A stretch of 64,000 bases of DNA, from assembly GCA_045637165.1 (NCBI GenBank), contig JAZTYU010000008.1, positions 12,524-76,523 on the forward strand. The letters run 5' to 3'. Under the pieces are notes generated by a model. It saw only the letters and a program-made list of their open reading frames with translations, was not told the origin of the DNA and did not search any database. Within the stretch, counting starts at the first letter, position 1. Each line of letters opens with the position of its first letter. The translations under genes and the position numbers were made by a program. This DNA is from Candidatus Enterousia sp. (GTDB lineage Bacteria > Pseudomonadota > Alphaproteobacteria > Rs-D84). Positions 19,678 to 27,785 of the stretch are shown here, piece after piece.

Positions 19678-20405
19678 TAAAAACGTCCCATACCGCCATT
19701 TACATGTAAAGTCTGACCATTGATATATGCGGCCTCATCAGATGCCAAGAACACACATGCATTTGCAATATCTTCTGGTTCGCCAAATCGTCCTGCTGGG
19801 ATTTGTGCCAGATAATTTTTCTTTAATTCTTCTGGCAGAACATCAGTCATAGGTGTTTTGATAAATCCAGGTGCGATTGCATTTGCTGTGATACCACGTG
19901 ATGCAACCTCAGCTGCAATTGATTTTGTCATTGCAATCATACCACCTTTTGATGCGGCATAATTTGCCTGACCTGGTCCACCGATTGTTCCGATTATCGA
20001 AGCCATATTGATAATGCGTCCAAATCTGTTTTTCATCATAGGCATAATTGCAGCCCGACACATTTTGAAACAAGACCGCAAATTAGTATTGATAACATCA
20101 TCGAATTGCTCATCTGTCATACGCATCAACAAAGTATCTTTTGTAATACCTGCGTTATTGACCAGAATATCGATTTTACCGGCCTTTTCGATTGTGTTCA
20201 TAATCAATTCAACAGCACTGCCTTCTTGGGCCAAATCTGCTGGAATTTTGATAAATTCATCACCAAATTCAGCGTTCATTTTTGCGATATTTCGACCAGA
20301 AACAACGACCGTTGCCCCTGCTTCCTTCATTTTTTTTGCGATTGCGACCCCGATACCACCTGTGGCCCCGGTAATAAGTGCGACTTTTCCTGTTAAATCA
20401 AACAT
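19677..20405 (-). CDS. fabG: 3-oxoacyl-ACP reductase
   Basis: SDR motifs TGATGGIG, NAGI and YAASK; adjacent to fabD. Confidence 0.85.
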   Translation of the reverse strand: MFDLTGKVALITGATGGIGVAIAKKMKEAGATVVVSGRNIAKMNAEFGDEFIKIPADLAQEGSAVELIMNTIEKAGKIDILVNNAGITKDTLLMRMTDEQFDDVINTNLRSCFKMCRAAIMPMMKNRFGRIINMASIIGTIGGPGQANYAASKGGMIAMTKSIAAEVASRGITANAIAPGFIKTPMTDVLPEELKKNYLAQIPAGRFGEPEDIANACVFLASDEAAYINGQTLHVNGGMGRF

Positions 20406-20407
20406 GA

Positions 20408-21283
20408 TTATATCTCCAACTTTTTTGCGGTTATTTTATCTGTAATTCTTGAACACAAACCTGTCAAGACATTGCCAGGTCCAACTTCTATTTGTTCTGT
20501 GATACCTAAGTCTACCATGTTCAGCACGGATTCACGCCAACGAACACCACTTGTAATTTGATAAACTAAGGCTTCTTTGATTTCATTTATATCTGTCATT
20601 GGTTGACACGTTTTATTAGAAATCATCGGCACCGCCAGCGAATTAAATTGAACAGATTCCAATGCTGTCCGCATTTGTTCGGCGGCTGATTTCTGTGCAC
20701 GGCAATGCACAGGCACAGACAATGCCAACGGCATTGCACGTTTTGCACCTGCATTTTTTGCGGCGGCAATTGTTTCTTCTACTACATCTTTTAGTCCTGA
20801 AATAACAACCTGACCTGGACAATTATCATTTGCCACATCGCAATTTGTTTTTGCACAAATTTCACGCACAGCATCAATATCCAGTCCCAGAATCACAGCG
20901 GTTAAACCATCACCAACCGGGACAGCATTTTGCATTGCATTACCACGGATACGCAATAATTTTGCAGCGTCCCCCACAGATAATGCACCTGCTGCACACA
21001 GGGCCGTATATTCGCCCAAACTATGTCCTGCAACATATTCAGGCAATGCCACCCCGCTTGCACGCAACATTGCGATACAAGTTGCCATAATTGCCGGCTG
21101 AACATTTGCTGTCAGCGTCAGTTCATCAGCAGGTCCATTAAAAATAATATCCGACAGTTTTTGATTTAACGCATCATCAACTTCATCAAAGACGGCACGT
21201 GCCGCTGCATTACTTTCATATAAATCTTTACCCATACCGACGCTTTGTGCACCTTGACCTGGGAAAACAAAAACAGATGCCAT
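20408..21283 (-). CDS. fabD: Malonyl-CoA-ACP transacylase
   Basis: FPGQGAQ and GHSLGEY active-site motifs. Confidence 0.85.
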   Translation of the reverse strand: MASVFVFPGQGAQSVGMGKDLYESNAAARAVFDEVDDALNQKLSDIIFNGPADELTLTANVQPAIMATCIAMLRASGVALPEYVAGHSLGEYTALCAAGALSVGDAAKLLRIRGNAMQNAVPVGDGLTAVILGLDIDAVREICAKTNCDVANDNCPGQVVISGLKDVVEETIAAAKNAGAKRAMPLALSVPVHCRAQKSAAEQMRTALESVQFNSLAVPMISNKTCQPMTDINEIKEALVYQITSGVRWRESVLNMVDLGITEQIEVGPGNVLTGLCSRITDKITAKKLEI

Positions 21284-21312
21284 ATAAAATCCTTTTGTTC
21301 AAGACCATTAAA

Positions 21313-21858
21313 TTATAGTTTTCTAATTGAAAACTCGCAACCACAATAATTTTGCCGATAAAAATCAGATTCACGATTTATCTGAACACGCAGATTTTCA
21401 TCCCATTTAATTTTAAGATATTGAATATTATCGCAATTTTTTTCAGCGGCCATATCGACCTGAGTCTGACTTTTATGTCGTGAAATGCCCAACACACTTG
21501 CGATTGCGTTATAACCATTTTGTTGTGCGAATTCCACGGCCCTGCGGAAACGATATTCAAAGCAAACCGAACATCTTGCACCACGTTCAGGTTCGTTTTC
21601 CAGACCACTAACAGCCTGTCGCCAGGCATCGTGGTCGTATTCAAGAACTGCATATTTCACGCCAACACTTTCACAGTATTTTATCTGCTCGTTCATACGT
21701 TTTGTGTATTCAGATTCTGGAAAGATATTAGGGTTAAAGAATAAAACAATAAAATCATCAATATTATCAACAGCGTTTTGGGTCAGTTGTCTAATTGCCC
21801 CTGCTGAACACGGTGCACAACAAGACAACAAAACCAAACGCAATTTATTATCGGACAT
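21313..21858 (-). CDS. queH: Epoxyqueuosine reductase QueH (DUF208 type)
   Basis: LLSCCAPCS N-terminal and YRQNYCGCEFS C-terminal cysteine motifs; 181 aa. Confidence 0.75.
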   Translation of the reverse strand: MSDNKLRLVLLSCCAPCSAGAIRQLTQNAVDNIDDFIVLFFNPNIFPESEYTKRMNEQIKYCESVGVKYAVLEYDHDAWRQAVSGLENEPERGARCSVCFEYRFRRAVEFAQQNGYNAIASVLGISRHKSQTQVDMAAEKNCDNIQYLKIKWDENLRVQINRESDFYRQNYCGCEFSIRKL

Positions 21859-22402
21859 TTTGCAACATTTTTACCAAGATTTCTGGCATTTTACCAGTCG
21901 TTGCTGGATAAACCTGATTCATATCTTTGTTTACAACGATATCGTTATTGTCCAGTTCATGCCATAAAACAGTTATAGAAACTGGGATTGGGCGTGGTGC
22001 TGCCAAAGAGCCTGGCATTCTCAGACCGATGCTATGCTGTGTATGAGAACCAGTCTTGATTGCAGGAGCGTTCATATTTCTATCATTTATCGCTGGTGAA
22101 AATTTTGCACCTGGATTTGCACGTTTAATATTTTTTGCATTTGTGATTTCATCTGCGACCCACAAAGGCAAAGTTTCTGTTTCGATAACATGTGTTGTGA
22201 AATTAGTTTTCAAATCATAATTTTCAACAGTTCTGATAATTTCCATTTTATAAATATCTGGACGACTTGCATTTGCAGACAAAATCTTTTTCATATCATC
22301 AATGCTTTTGAAATCACCATTTGCCATAAATTTATTAGCATGCAAACGTAATGTCCAAACTTCACGTAATCCAATATTTTTTTTATCTAATTTATTTTCC
22401 AT
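21848..22402 (-). CDS. Hypothetical protein, paralog 1 of a tandem pair
   Basis: 184-aa ORF. It overlaps the queH start by 11 nt. It shares YK(M/I)E(I/L), W(V/I)AD(E/K)I and the C-terminal motif ND(I/V)V..(K/R).(M/L).Q(V/I)YP..TGK(M/I)P with the upstream ORF. Confidence 0.6.
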   Translation of the reverse strand: MENKLDKKNIGLREVWTLRLHANKFMANGDFKSIDDMKKILSANASRPDIYKMEIIRTVENYDLKTNFTTHVIETETLPLWVADEITNAKNIKRANPGAKFSPAINDRNMNAPAIKTGSHTQHSIGLRMPGSLAAPRPIPVSITVLWHELDNNDIVVNKDMNQVYPATTGKMPEILVKMLQNVR

Positions 22403-22443
22403 TTACTATTCCTTTTACTTTTTACCATACATTCCGCTTGGTA

Positions 22444-22968
22444 TCATCGTGTTTTACGCATTATTCTGGATAATACCATTGGGATTTTACCCGTATTTTC
22501 CGGATAAATCTGTTTTAAATTTCTGTCTAAAACGACATCATTATCAGACAGAATATAAAGATAATCGCCACCAGGAATCAAAAGATTGGTTGGTGCTTGA
22601 TTACTCTTTATAACATTCTTGCTTTGAATATACCGCTTACCTTTCATAATTACAACTTTTTTACCATTGGCAGTTTCGGTATATTCAATTTTATCTGCAA
22701 TCCAGTATTGTTGAGTTAGTTGTTTTTGAATTGTTTCAAAAACATTTTTTTTGATTGTCTGCTTTTCTGTGGTTTTTACCAGTTCTATTTTATATGCACC
22801 TGAAAAGCGTTCCAAATAATCCGCAACATCACACACGTTTCTAACAATACCTGTTACGATATGCTCTGCTGTATAAACGTTTATCCTGCAACCACCTTTT
22901 GCATCATCTGTAAAATCACGAAACAAAGCATACTTACTTAAATCGATTTGACCAGACATCAAAAACAC
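22444..22968 (-). CDS. Hypothetical protein, paralog 2 of a tandem pair
   Basis: 174-aa ORF starting 2 nt after the metG stop. Homologous to 21848-22402 by eye. Confidence 0.6.
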   Translation of the reverse strand: MFLMSGQIDLSKYALFRDFTDDAKGGCRINVYTAEHIVTGIVRNVCDVADYLERFSGAYKIELVKTTEKQTIKKNVFETIQKQLTQQYWIADKIEYTETANGKKVVIMKGKRYIQSKNVIKSNQAPTNLLIPGGDYLYILSDNDVVLDRNLKQIYPENTGKIPMVLSRIMRKTR

Positions 22969-22970
22969 CT

Positions 22971-24962
22971 TTAACTTAACTTATATTCCGCACCGATTTC
23001 CGCATCCGTCCCCAGTTCGATGATTTTATCACCATCACTGCCCTGTCCAACTTCGGCTGGGCTGCACATCATACCAAAAGATTCCACACCTGCAACAGTT
23101 CTTTGTGCCATTGGCTTTTTTGCACCCGGCAATTTACATCCCACAGGTGCCAAAACCCCACGCAGACCAACATAAACATTTGGTGCACCGCAAACAATTT
23201 GAACATTTTCACTTCCGTTATTCACAGTTAAAATATGCAAATCATCACGTGTTGGGTGATTTTCAACTGCAACAATTTCTGCGACGATTGGCTTTGGTGT
23301 GTTATCTGGCTGTTTTACAGTGTATTTTTCTGTCATTTGTGCAATTTTTTCATCGTCAATACGACTAAACAGATTTTCAGGCACAACAAATTCCGCCCCG
23401 TTGCCAATACGAGATTCAAATTTAATTGGCCAAGACAAATCATGCTTATTTGCAAAAATATTCTGCATTTTTTCTGCTGCCCCTGGGATAACAGGTGCAG
23501 ACACACGTGCAAACAAATCAATCAACTGGAAACATTGATTCAAAACCTTGCCTGCTGCGTCCATATCGCCATTTTTAACCAATGCCCATGGTTCATATTT
23601 GGTCATGTATTCATTAGCAATTGCATACAGACCACGCAACGCTGCGATTGATGCACGGAATTCACATGCATTCAACGCACTTGTCAGTTCTGACAATTTT
23701 TCATTGATTTGTGATTCCAATTCTGAATCGATTTCTCCTGCTGTCGGCACATTTGTTCCAAAGTTTTTAGCAGTCAATTTACAAACACGACTTACAAAGT
23801 TCCCCAACATACCGTTCAGGTCTTTGTTTACAATTTCTGCAAATCGATTGATTGTAAAGTCTGTATCGTCTGTTTCTGGTGCAGACGCAATAATTGCATA
23901 CCGCCAGCAATCCGCATCAGCATCCATAATCGCATCGTTTAGGAAAATGCCATTTCCAGTAGATTTTGAAATTTTGGCCCCATTAAAGTTCAAGAAATTA
24001 AATGCCTTTAACGTATCAACAGTTTTCCAGTTGTCGTTCATTGCCAATTCTTGTGCTGGGAAAAAGATTGAATGGAACGAAACATTGTCTTTGCCCATAA
24101 ATTGTGTATAGTGAACATCGTCGCCACCAAACCACCAGTCTGCCCAGTTCTCATTTGCTGCCTGTGAAATTGATACATACCCCCACGGTGCATCAAACCA
24201 AACATAAAAGACTTTATTTTCATATCCTGGCTTATTTACAGGAATACCCCATTTTAAATCACGTGTGATTGGGCTGTCCCGCAAACCTTCGTCCAGCCAC
24301 TTGTTTGCGATTGCCAATGCGGTCTTGGGCCACCCTTTTCGTGAATCAATCCATTGACGCAACTTGTCCTGCATTTGACTTGTCTTGAAATACAGGTGTT
24401 TTGTTTCACGCATTTCAACGGGTGAATCTGTTGTAATTGCACTGTGTGGGTTTATCAACTGTTCTGGTTCCAGTGTTGCCCCGCACTTTCCACATTCATT
24501 ACCGTATGCACCGTCAAAACCACATCGTGGGCATGTTCCGATAACAAATCTGTCGGCCAAGAACATTTCATCTTTGACCGAATATGGCTGCACAGACGTT
24601 TTTTCGACCAACATACCCTGTTCGTCCAGACGTGTAAATAATGACTGAATCAGTTCTGTGTGTTTTTGTGTATGTGTTCTGCCATAGATATCAAAAGACA
24701 AACCAAAGTTTTTAACGGCATCGACGTGTGCTGCACGATACTTATCGACATATTCTTCGACAGGCATATTTTCTTTCATTGCACCGATTTCACTGGCTGT
24801 GCCGTGTTCATCAGCCCCACAAACAAACAGAACATCACGGCCACACGCCCGACAAAAGCGTGCATAAACATCACTTGGCAACAAGCAGCCGACCAAATGT
24901 CCGATATGTAAATTATAGTTCACGTATGGTAATGCCGATGTAATCAAATACTTTTTTGCCAT
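22971..24962 (-). CDS. metG: Methionine-tRNA ligase with C-terminal tRNA-binding (Trbp111-like) domain
   Basis: HIGH-type motif (NLHIGHLVG), KMSKS-type motif (KISKS), a Cys knuckle CPRCG...CGKCG and a C-terminal OB fold (VENHPTRDDLHILTVNNG). Confidence 0.9.
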   Translation of the reverse strand: MAKKYLITSALPYVNYNLHIGHLVGCLLPSDVYARFCRACGRDVLFVCGADEHGTASEIGAMKENMPVEEYVDKYRAAHVDAVKNFGLSFDIYGRTHTQKHTELIQSLFTRLDEQGMLVEKTSVQPYSVKDEMFLADRFVIGTCPRCGFDGAYGNECGKCGATLEPEQLINPHSAITTDSPVEMRETKHLYFKTSQMQDKLRQWIDSRKGWPKTALAIANKWLDEGLRDSPITRDLKWGIPVNKPGYENKVFYVWFDAPWGYVSISQAANENWADWWFGGDDVHYTQFMGKDNVSFHSIFFPAQELAMNDNWKTVDTLKAFNFLNFNGAKISKSTGNGIFLNDAIMDADADCWRYAIIASAPETDDTDFTINRFAEIVNKDLNGMLGNFVSRVCKLTAKNFGTNVPTAGEIDSELESQINEKLSELTSALNACEFRASIAALRGLYAIANEYMTKYEPWALVKNGDMDAAGKVLNQCFQLIDLFARVSAPVIPGAAEKMQNIFANKHDLSWPIKFESRIGNGAEFVVPENLFSRIDDEKIAQMTEKYTVKQPDNTPKPIVAEIVAVENHPTRDDLHILTVNNGSENVQIVCGAPNVYVGLRGVLAPVGCKLPGAKKPMAQRTVAGVESFGMMCSPAEVGQGSDGDKIIELGTDAEIGAEYKLS

Positions 24963-25087
24963 TATTTACCCTTTTATTTTACTGCGGAAATTATAAAGCA
25001 TATTTTGAATAAATCAATAGTTATAAAAAACTTGAAAAAACAATCGTGTATAGTATGTTAGTAAGCATATAAAGTAATGGATTTAAC

Positions 25088-25597
25088 ATGCAGTCAAAAA
25101 AACAACTTGATAAGAACACATTGATATACCTTGTAAACGAAATAACCAAGAATCACGGCATCAAGAACACATCACCTGTAAAGTTAGGTCGCTTGATGTA
25201 TTTGCTGTGGTTGGAATATGCGTCTTTGCAACCTGGTTTGACATTCCCAGTAAACTCGCCAATGGCGAATATGCGTTTTATAAATTATGAACGTGGTCCT
25301 GCCGAAGAGCTTAGTTCTGACAATTTTGACACAGTCTGTTCTGAAATTTTATCGGGCAAGATTCCAAATTTTTCCCAGACATCATTTCATTTAAAAGAAA
25401 AGCATAATCTGGAACAGGCCTTTACCACTGTTCGCAATATATATTCAATGCATCGTGCGACAGATTTGTGTAATTTCATTATGTATGAATTGCCAACCTG
25501 TCAGTTCAAGCCAAAGATTTGCGAATTGACATTTAATGACCAAGAATTTGTCCGTGAACTTCGCACATTTATCCGCAAGCGTGATAGATTAAAATAA
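25088..25597 (+). CDS. Hypothetical protein, possibly Panacea/DUF4065 (SocA-like) domain
   Basis: 169 aa. VKLGRLMYLLWLEYA...FINYERGPAEEL resembles the DUF4065 pattern (KL.KLLY....W......LF.. .F.AW..GPV.P..Y). Weak, by eye only. Confidence 0.35.
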   Translation: MQSKKQLDKNTLIYLVNEITKNHGIKNTSPVKLGRLMYLLWLEYASLQPGLTFPVNSPMANMRFINYERGPAEELSSDNFDTVCSEILSGKIPNFSQTSFHLKEKHNLEQAFTTVRNIYSMHRATDLCNFIMYELPTCQFKPKICELTFNDQEFVRELRTFIRKRDRLK

Positions 25598-25622
25598 AAA
25601 CACCGGCAAACGCCGGTTTTTT
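25598..25622 (+). terminator. Terminator (CCGG-core family)
   Basis: ACCGGC-AAAC-GCCGGT followed by TTTTT. Confidence 0.6.
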
Positions 25623-25626
25623 AATC

Positions 25627-25703
25627 TGGTGGGTGGTATTGGACTCGAACCAACGACCTTTACGATGTCAACGTAACGCTCTAACCAACTGAGCTAACCA
25701 CCC
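25627..25703 (-). tRNA. tRNA-Val (anticodon GAC), CCA encoded. Integration target of the adjacent element.
   Basis: The reverse complement GGGTGGTTAGCTCAGTTGGTTAGAGCGTTACGTTGACATCGTAAAGGTCGTTGGTTCGAGTCCAATACCACCCACCA has a 7-bp acceptor stem, anticodon stem TTACG/CGTAA and loop TTGACAT. Confidence 0.9.
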
Positions 25704-25708
25704 AAAAC
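25662..25708. repeat. Left 47-bp direct repeat (att core), covering tRNA-Val positions 1-42 plus 5 nt upstream
   Basis: ACGATGTCAACGTAACGCTCTAACCAACTGAGCTAACCACCCAAAAC, identical to 35817-35863. Confidence 0.9.
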
Positions 25709-25815
25709 TTTACACTAACAGCTTTTATTCAGATTTGTAATATATTGGGCTTTTTTGGTGTTTGTATCTTTATTGCTATTTCCTGCTATGAAATACCCAA
25801 AGACGCTACAAAGCC

Positions 25816-25835
25816 TGCTCCAAAATTGCTCCAAA
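25816..25835 (+). repeat. Tandem TGCTCCAAA(A) repeats (candidate integrase arm-type sites), left end
   Basis: TGCTCCAAAA at 25816 and TGCTCCAAA at 25827, an 11-bp period. The same pair, same strand and same period occur at 35701/35712. Confidence 0.4.
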
Positions 25836-25991
25836 TCAAATTCAATGAATCTGAACTTGCTGTACGCGTAGGCTATAATAGCAGAAAAAAGCAGTTTGTA
25901 AACATAAAAATGCAATTTTGCTTATCAAGGTTAGTTCTTACAAAAATAATTAGAAAATAACAAAGGCATAAAATAAACAAAGGAGAAAAAT

Positions 25992-26204
25992 ATGCCAAGA
26001 ATGATAATCGGATATTATCCAGTAAAAGAAGTTATGGCCTTGGGGGCAAAATATTGGGAAGACATGGTATGTGTAGCGGAGTGCCTAAGGATGCCTGTAG
26101 ACCCATCTGTCAAAAGAGTTATCGAAGATTTGAAACGTGGGAGAGAAATTACGTTAGGACAAGCGAATAAAATGTTCAAATTCAGAGAAACGACAGGATT
26201 GTGA
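25992..26204 (+). CDS. Hypothetical 70-aa protein (island)
   Basis: Strong RBS AAGGAG 8 nt upstream of the ATG. No recognisable motif. Confidence 0.5.
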   Translation: MPRMIIGYYPVKEVMALGAKYWEDMVCVAECLRMPVDPSVKRVIEDLKRGREITLGQANKMFKFRETTGL

Positions 26205-26253
26205 TTATTGCTTAAGCAATAAGCTTATCAAGGGCGCTTTATGGCGCTCTTGA
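26205..26253. promoter_or_regulatory. Perfect 18-bp palindrome plus 10-bp-stem hairpin upstream of the Rep-like gene (candidate origin or operator)
   Basis: TTATTGCTTAAGCAATAA (26205-22). TCAAGGGCGC-TTTATG-GCGCTCTTGA (26228-53, one G-T mismatch). Confidence 0.35.
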
Positions 26254-26473
26254 GGTCATTGCGCATGAATTTGCAGTGTATGAAGAGGTATATAAAGAAC
26301 TGACAGCGAGTTGTTTATATATCTTCGCGTTATGCATACATCTTATCAAGATGCGCATGATAGTGAAAAAACGCTTTTGGGTATTGTGTGGTTCATCCCG
26401 CGGTCTCAAAAACGTGTATCAATACCAAAATCTGGTAAGTATATTTTTATACCCAAAACAAAATGGAGAAAAA

Positions 26474-27244
26474 ATGGAAAATCAAGAAGAAACAAAGATT
26501 GTAGAATGGCTAGAAAGTCTAGAATTTACTCATTCGATGTCTTTACAGTTACCATTTTGTATAAAAACACACAAGCTTGAAACAACAAAGACTTATATAC
26601 GAAAATTTATGAAGGATTTTGAATTGGGGATTATTTATAAAAAGTACAATCAACAAAGAAACAATAAAATCAAAGATACAAATGACTGGCAAAGAAGACT
26701 CGTTGATTTTGTTGTGTTTTTTGAAAATCATGAAATTTATTATACACCATACCATTGTCATATATTGTTGAACGTGAAAAAGAAAAATGGTGTTTTGTAT
26801 TCTGAAGAAGAAATTCACTTAGCTTTGGAATACGCTAAGGAAAAATTCGCCAAAATGTTATCAAAAAAAGAAGGTTCTGTAACAGCTGAAGAGATAAAAA
26901 AGTTATTGGTGAATTATGATATCAGACAGATAAACCCTTTGGATAGCATTTTTCATTATGATATCAAAGAATTTGTTCAATGTAATAAGATTACTTCTAT
27001 TGATAGATTAGAAGATGCTGTTACTTTGTTAGGTGTAACTAGACGTAAAAGGCCTGCAAAAGAACGGAAAAATCCAGAAAAAGAAGAAGTTGTAAAACCA
27101 GTCAAGAAGCCATTCTGCAGTGTGTTTAGGTTGTTGAAAAAAGCACTATGCCCAACGAAGCTTCTGAATGGCGTAGTTGGGCAGATGTGCCAATTATCAA
27201 TTAGGTATTTTGAGTTTATAACGGAAAGATTATATAAAACCTAG
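26474..27244 (+). CDS. HUH-endonuclease-like replication initiator (inovirus Gp2 / rolling-circle Rep-like)
   Basis: Start moved to the ATG at 26474 with RBS GGAGA. Motif order: SMSLQLPF (motif 1-like), YTPYHCHILLNV (HUH motif 2), FHYDIKEF (Tyr motif 3-like). 256 aa. Confidence 0.5.
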   Translation: MENQEETKIVEWLESLEFTHSMSLQLPFCIKTHKLETTKTYIRKFMKDFELGIIYKKYNQQRNNKIKDTNDWQRRLVDFVVFFENHEIYYTPYHCHILLNVKKKNGVLYSEEEIHLALEYAKEKFAKMLSKKEGSVTAEEIKKLLVNYDIRQINPLDSIFHYDIKEFVQCNKITSIDRLEDAVTLLGVTRRKRPAKERKNPEKEEVVKPVKKPFCSVFRLLKKALCPTKLLNGVVGQMCQLSIRYFEFITERLYKT

Positions 27245-27247
27245 TGT

Positions 27248-27436
27248 TTACAACCAATGGCGATGTCCGTACTTGTCAATGCGTATTTGCTTTCCAAGAG
27301 AAGAAATTACCATGATTTCACCATTTTTGTGAAATGCCCCCAATGCTTTTGGAAATATTATATTCTTTCCGCCATTGCGTTTCACGATTAGATTATCGTC
27401 TTTCCATCTGTAATGTAAGTTGCTTTTTACTGCCAT
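27248..27436 (-). CDS. Hypothetical 62-aa protein (island), convergent with the Rep-like gene
   Basis: RBS AAGGAA 7 nt upstream of the ATG. No recognisable domain. Confidence 0.4.
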   Translation of the reverse strand: MAVKSNLHYRWKDDNLIVKRNGGKNIIFPKALGAFHKNGEIMVISSLGKQIRIDKYGHRHWL

Positions 27437-27596
27437 TGAACGTTCCTTTGGTTACGATTATTAGAACTTGCGCACTTTTATCAAAATTGATTGTTGATAA
27501 TTTCAAGAAAAATATAGATACAGAAATTACTAATTCGTATACGGGTTTGTTCCTATGTCGTTTGTTTTTTGTTGTATAATATGATATAATGTACAT

Positions 27597-27771
27597 GACA
27601 CAGGTGACTGTGTTGGGGCGTCATAACCCAGAAACTTACAGTGTCCGCGGGGACAATAAATACCTCCAACTCAACTGGTTGGAGGGTTGCGAATATATTG
27701 AATAAGCACGCTATTTACTGTAAGTTATAGTTATGAACCTCCAACCGTCCGCTTTGTGACGGTTTCATTTT
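27597..27771 (+). promoter_or_regulatory. Leader RNA copy B: ~170-nt terminator/antiterminator element upstream of the secreted-protein cassette
   Basis: Extended -10 TGATATAAT (27582-90). Hairpin TGTCC-GCGG-GGACA (27642-55). Seg1 CCTCCAAC (27663-70), seg2 GGTTGGAGGG (27677-86), seg3 AACCTCCAACC (27736-46). Terminator AACCGTC-N8-GACGGTT plus T-rich tail (27743-71). Homologous to 35928-36099. Confidence 0.55.
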
Positions 27772-27785
27772 GGTTAGGAGGGATT

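Noticed and set aside
25715-25960. Overlapping 66-aa (minus) and 71-aa (plus) ORFs at the left end of the island
   Set aside because: They overlap each other and lack RBSs. They coincide with the attL arm region containing the TGCTCCAAA repeats, so the region is more likely non-coding recombination or regulatory DNA.
27595-27705. 36-codon leader peptide ORF (MTQVTVLGRH...EYIE) inside leader copy B, suggesting peptide-dependent attenuation
   Set aside because: The ATG sits at or before the predicted TSS. In the homologous copy A the same frame is closed by in-frame TAA codons (35989-91 and 36023-25). The peptide is therefore not conserved while the RNA structure is.
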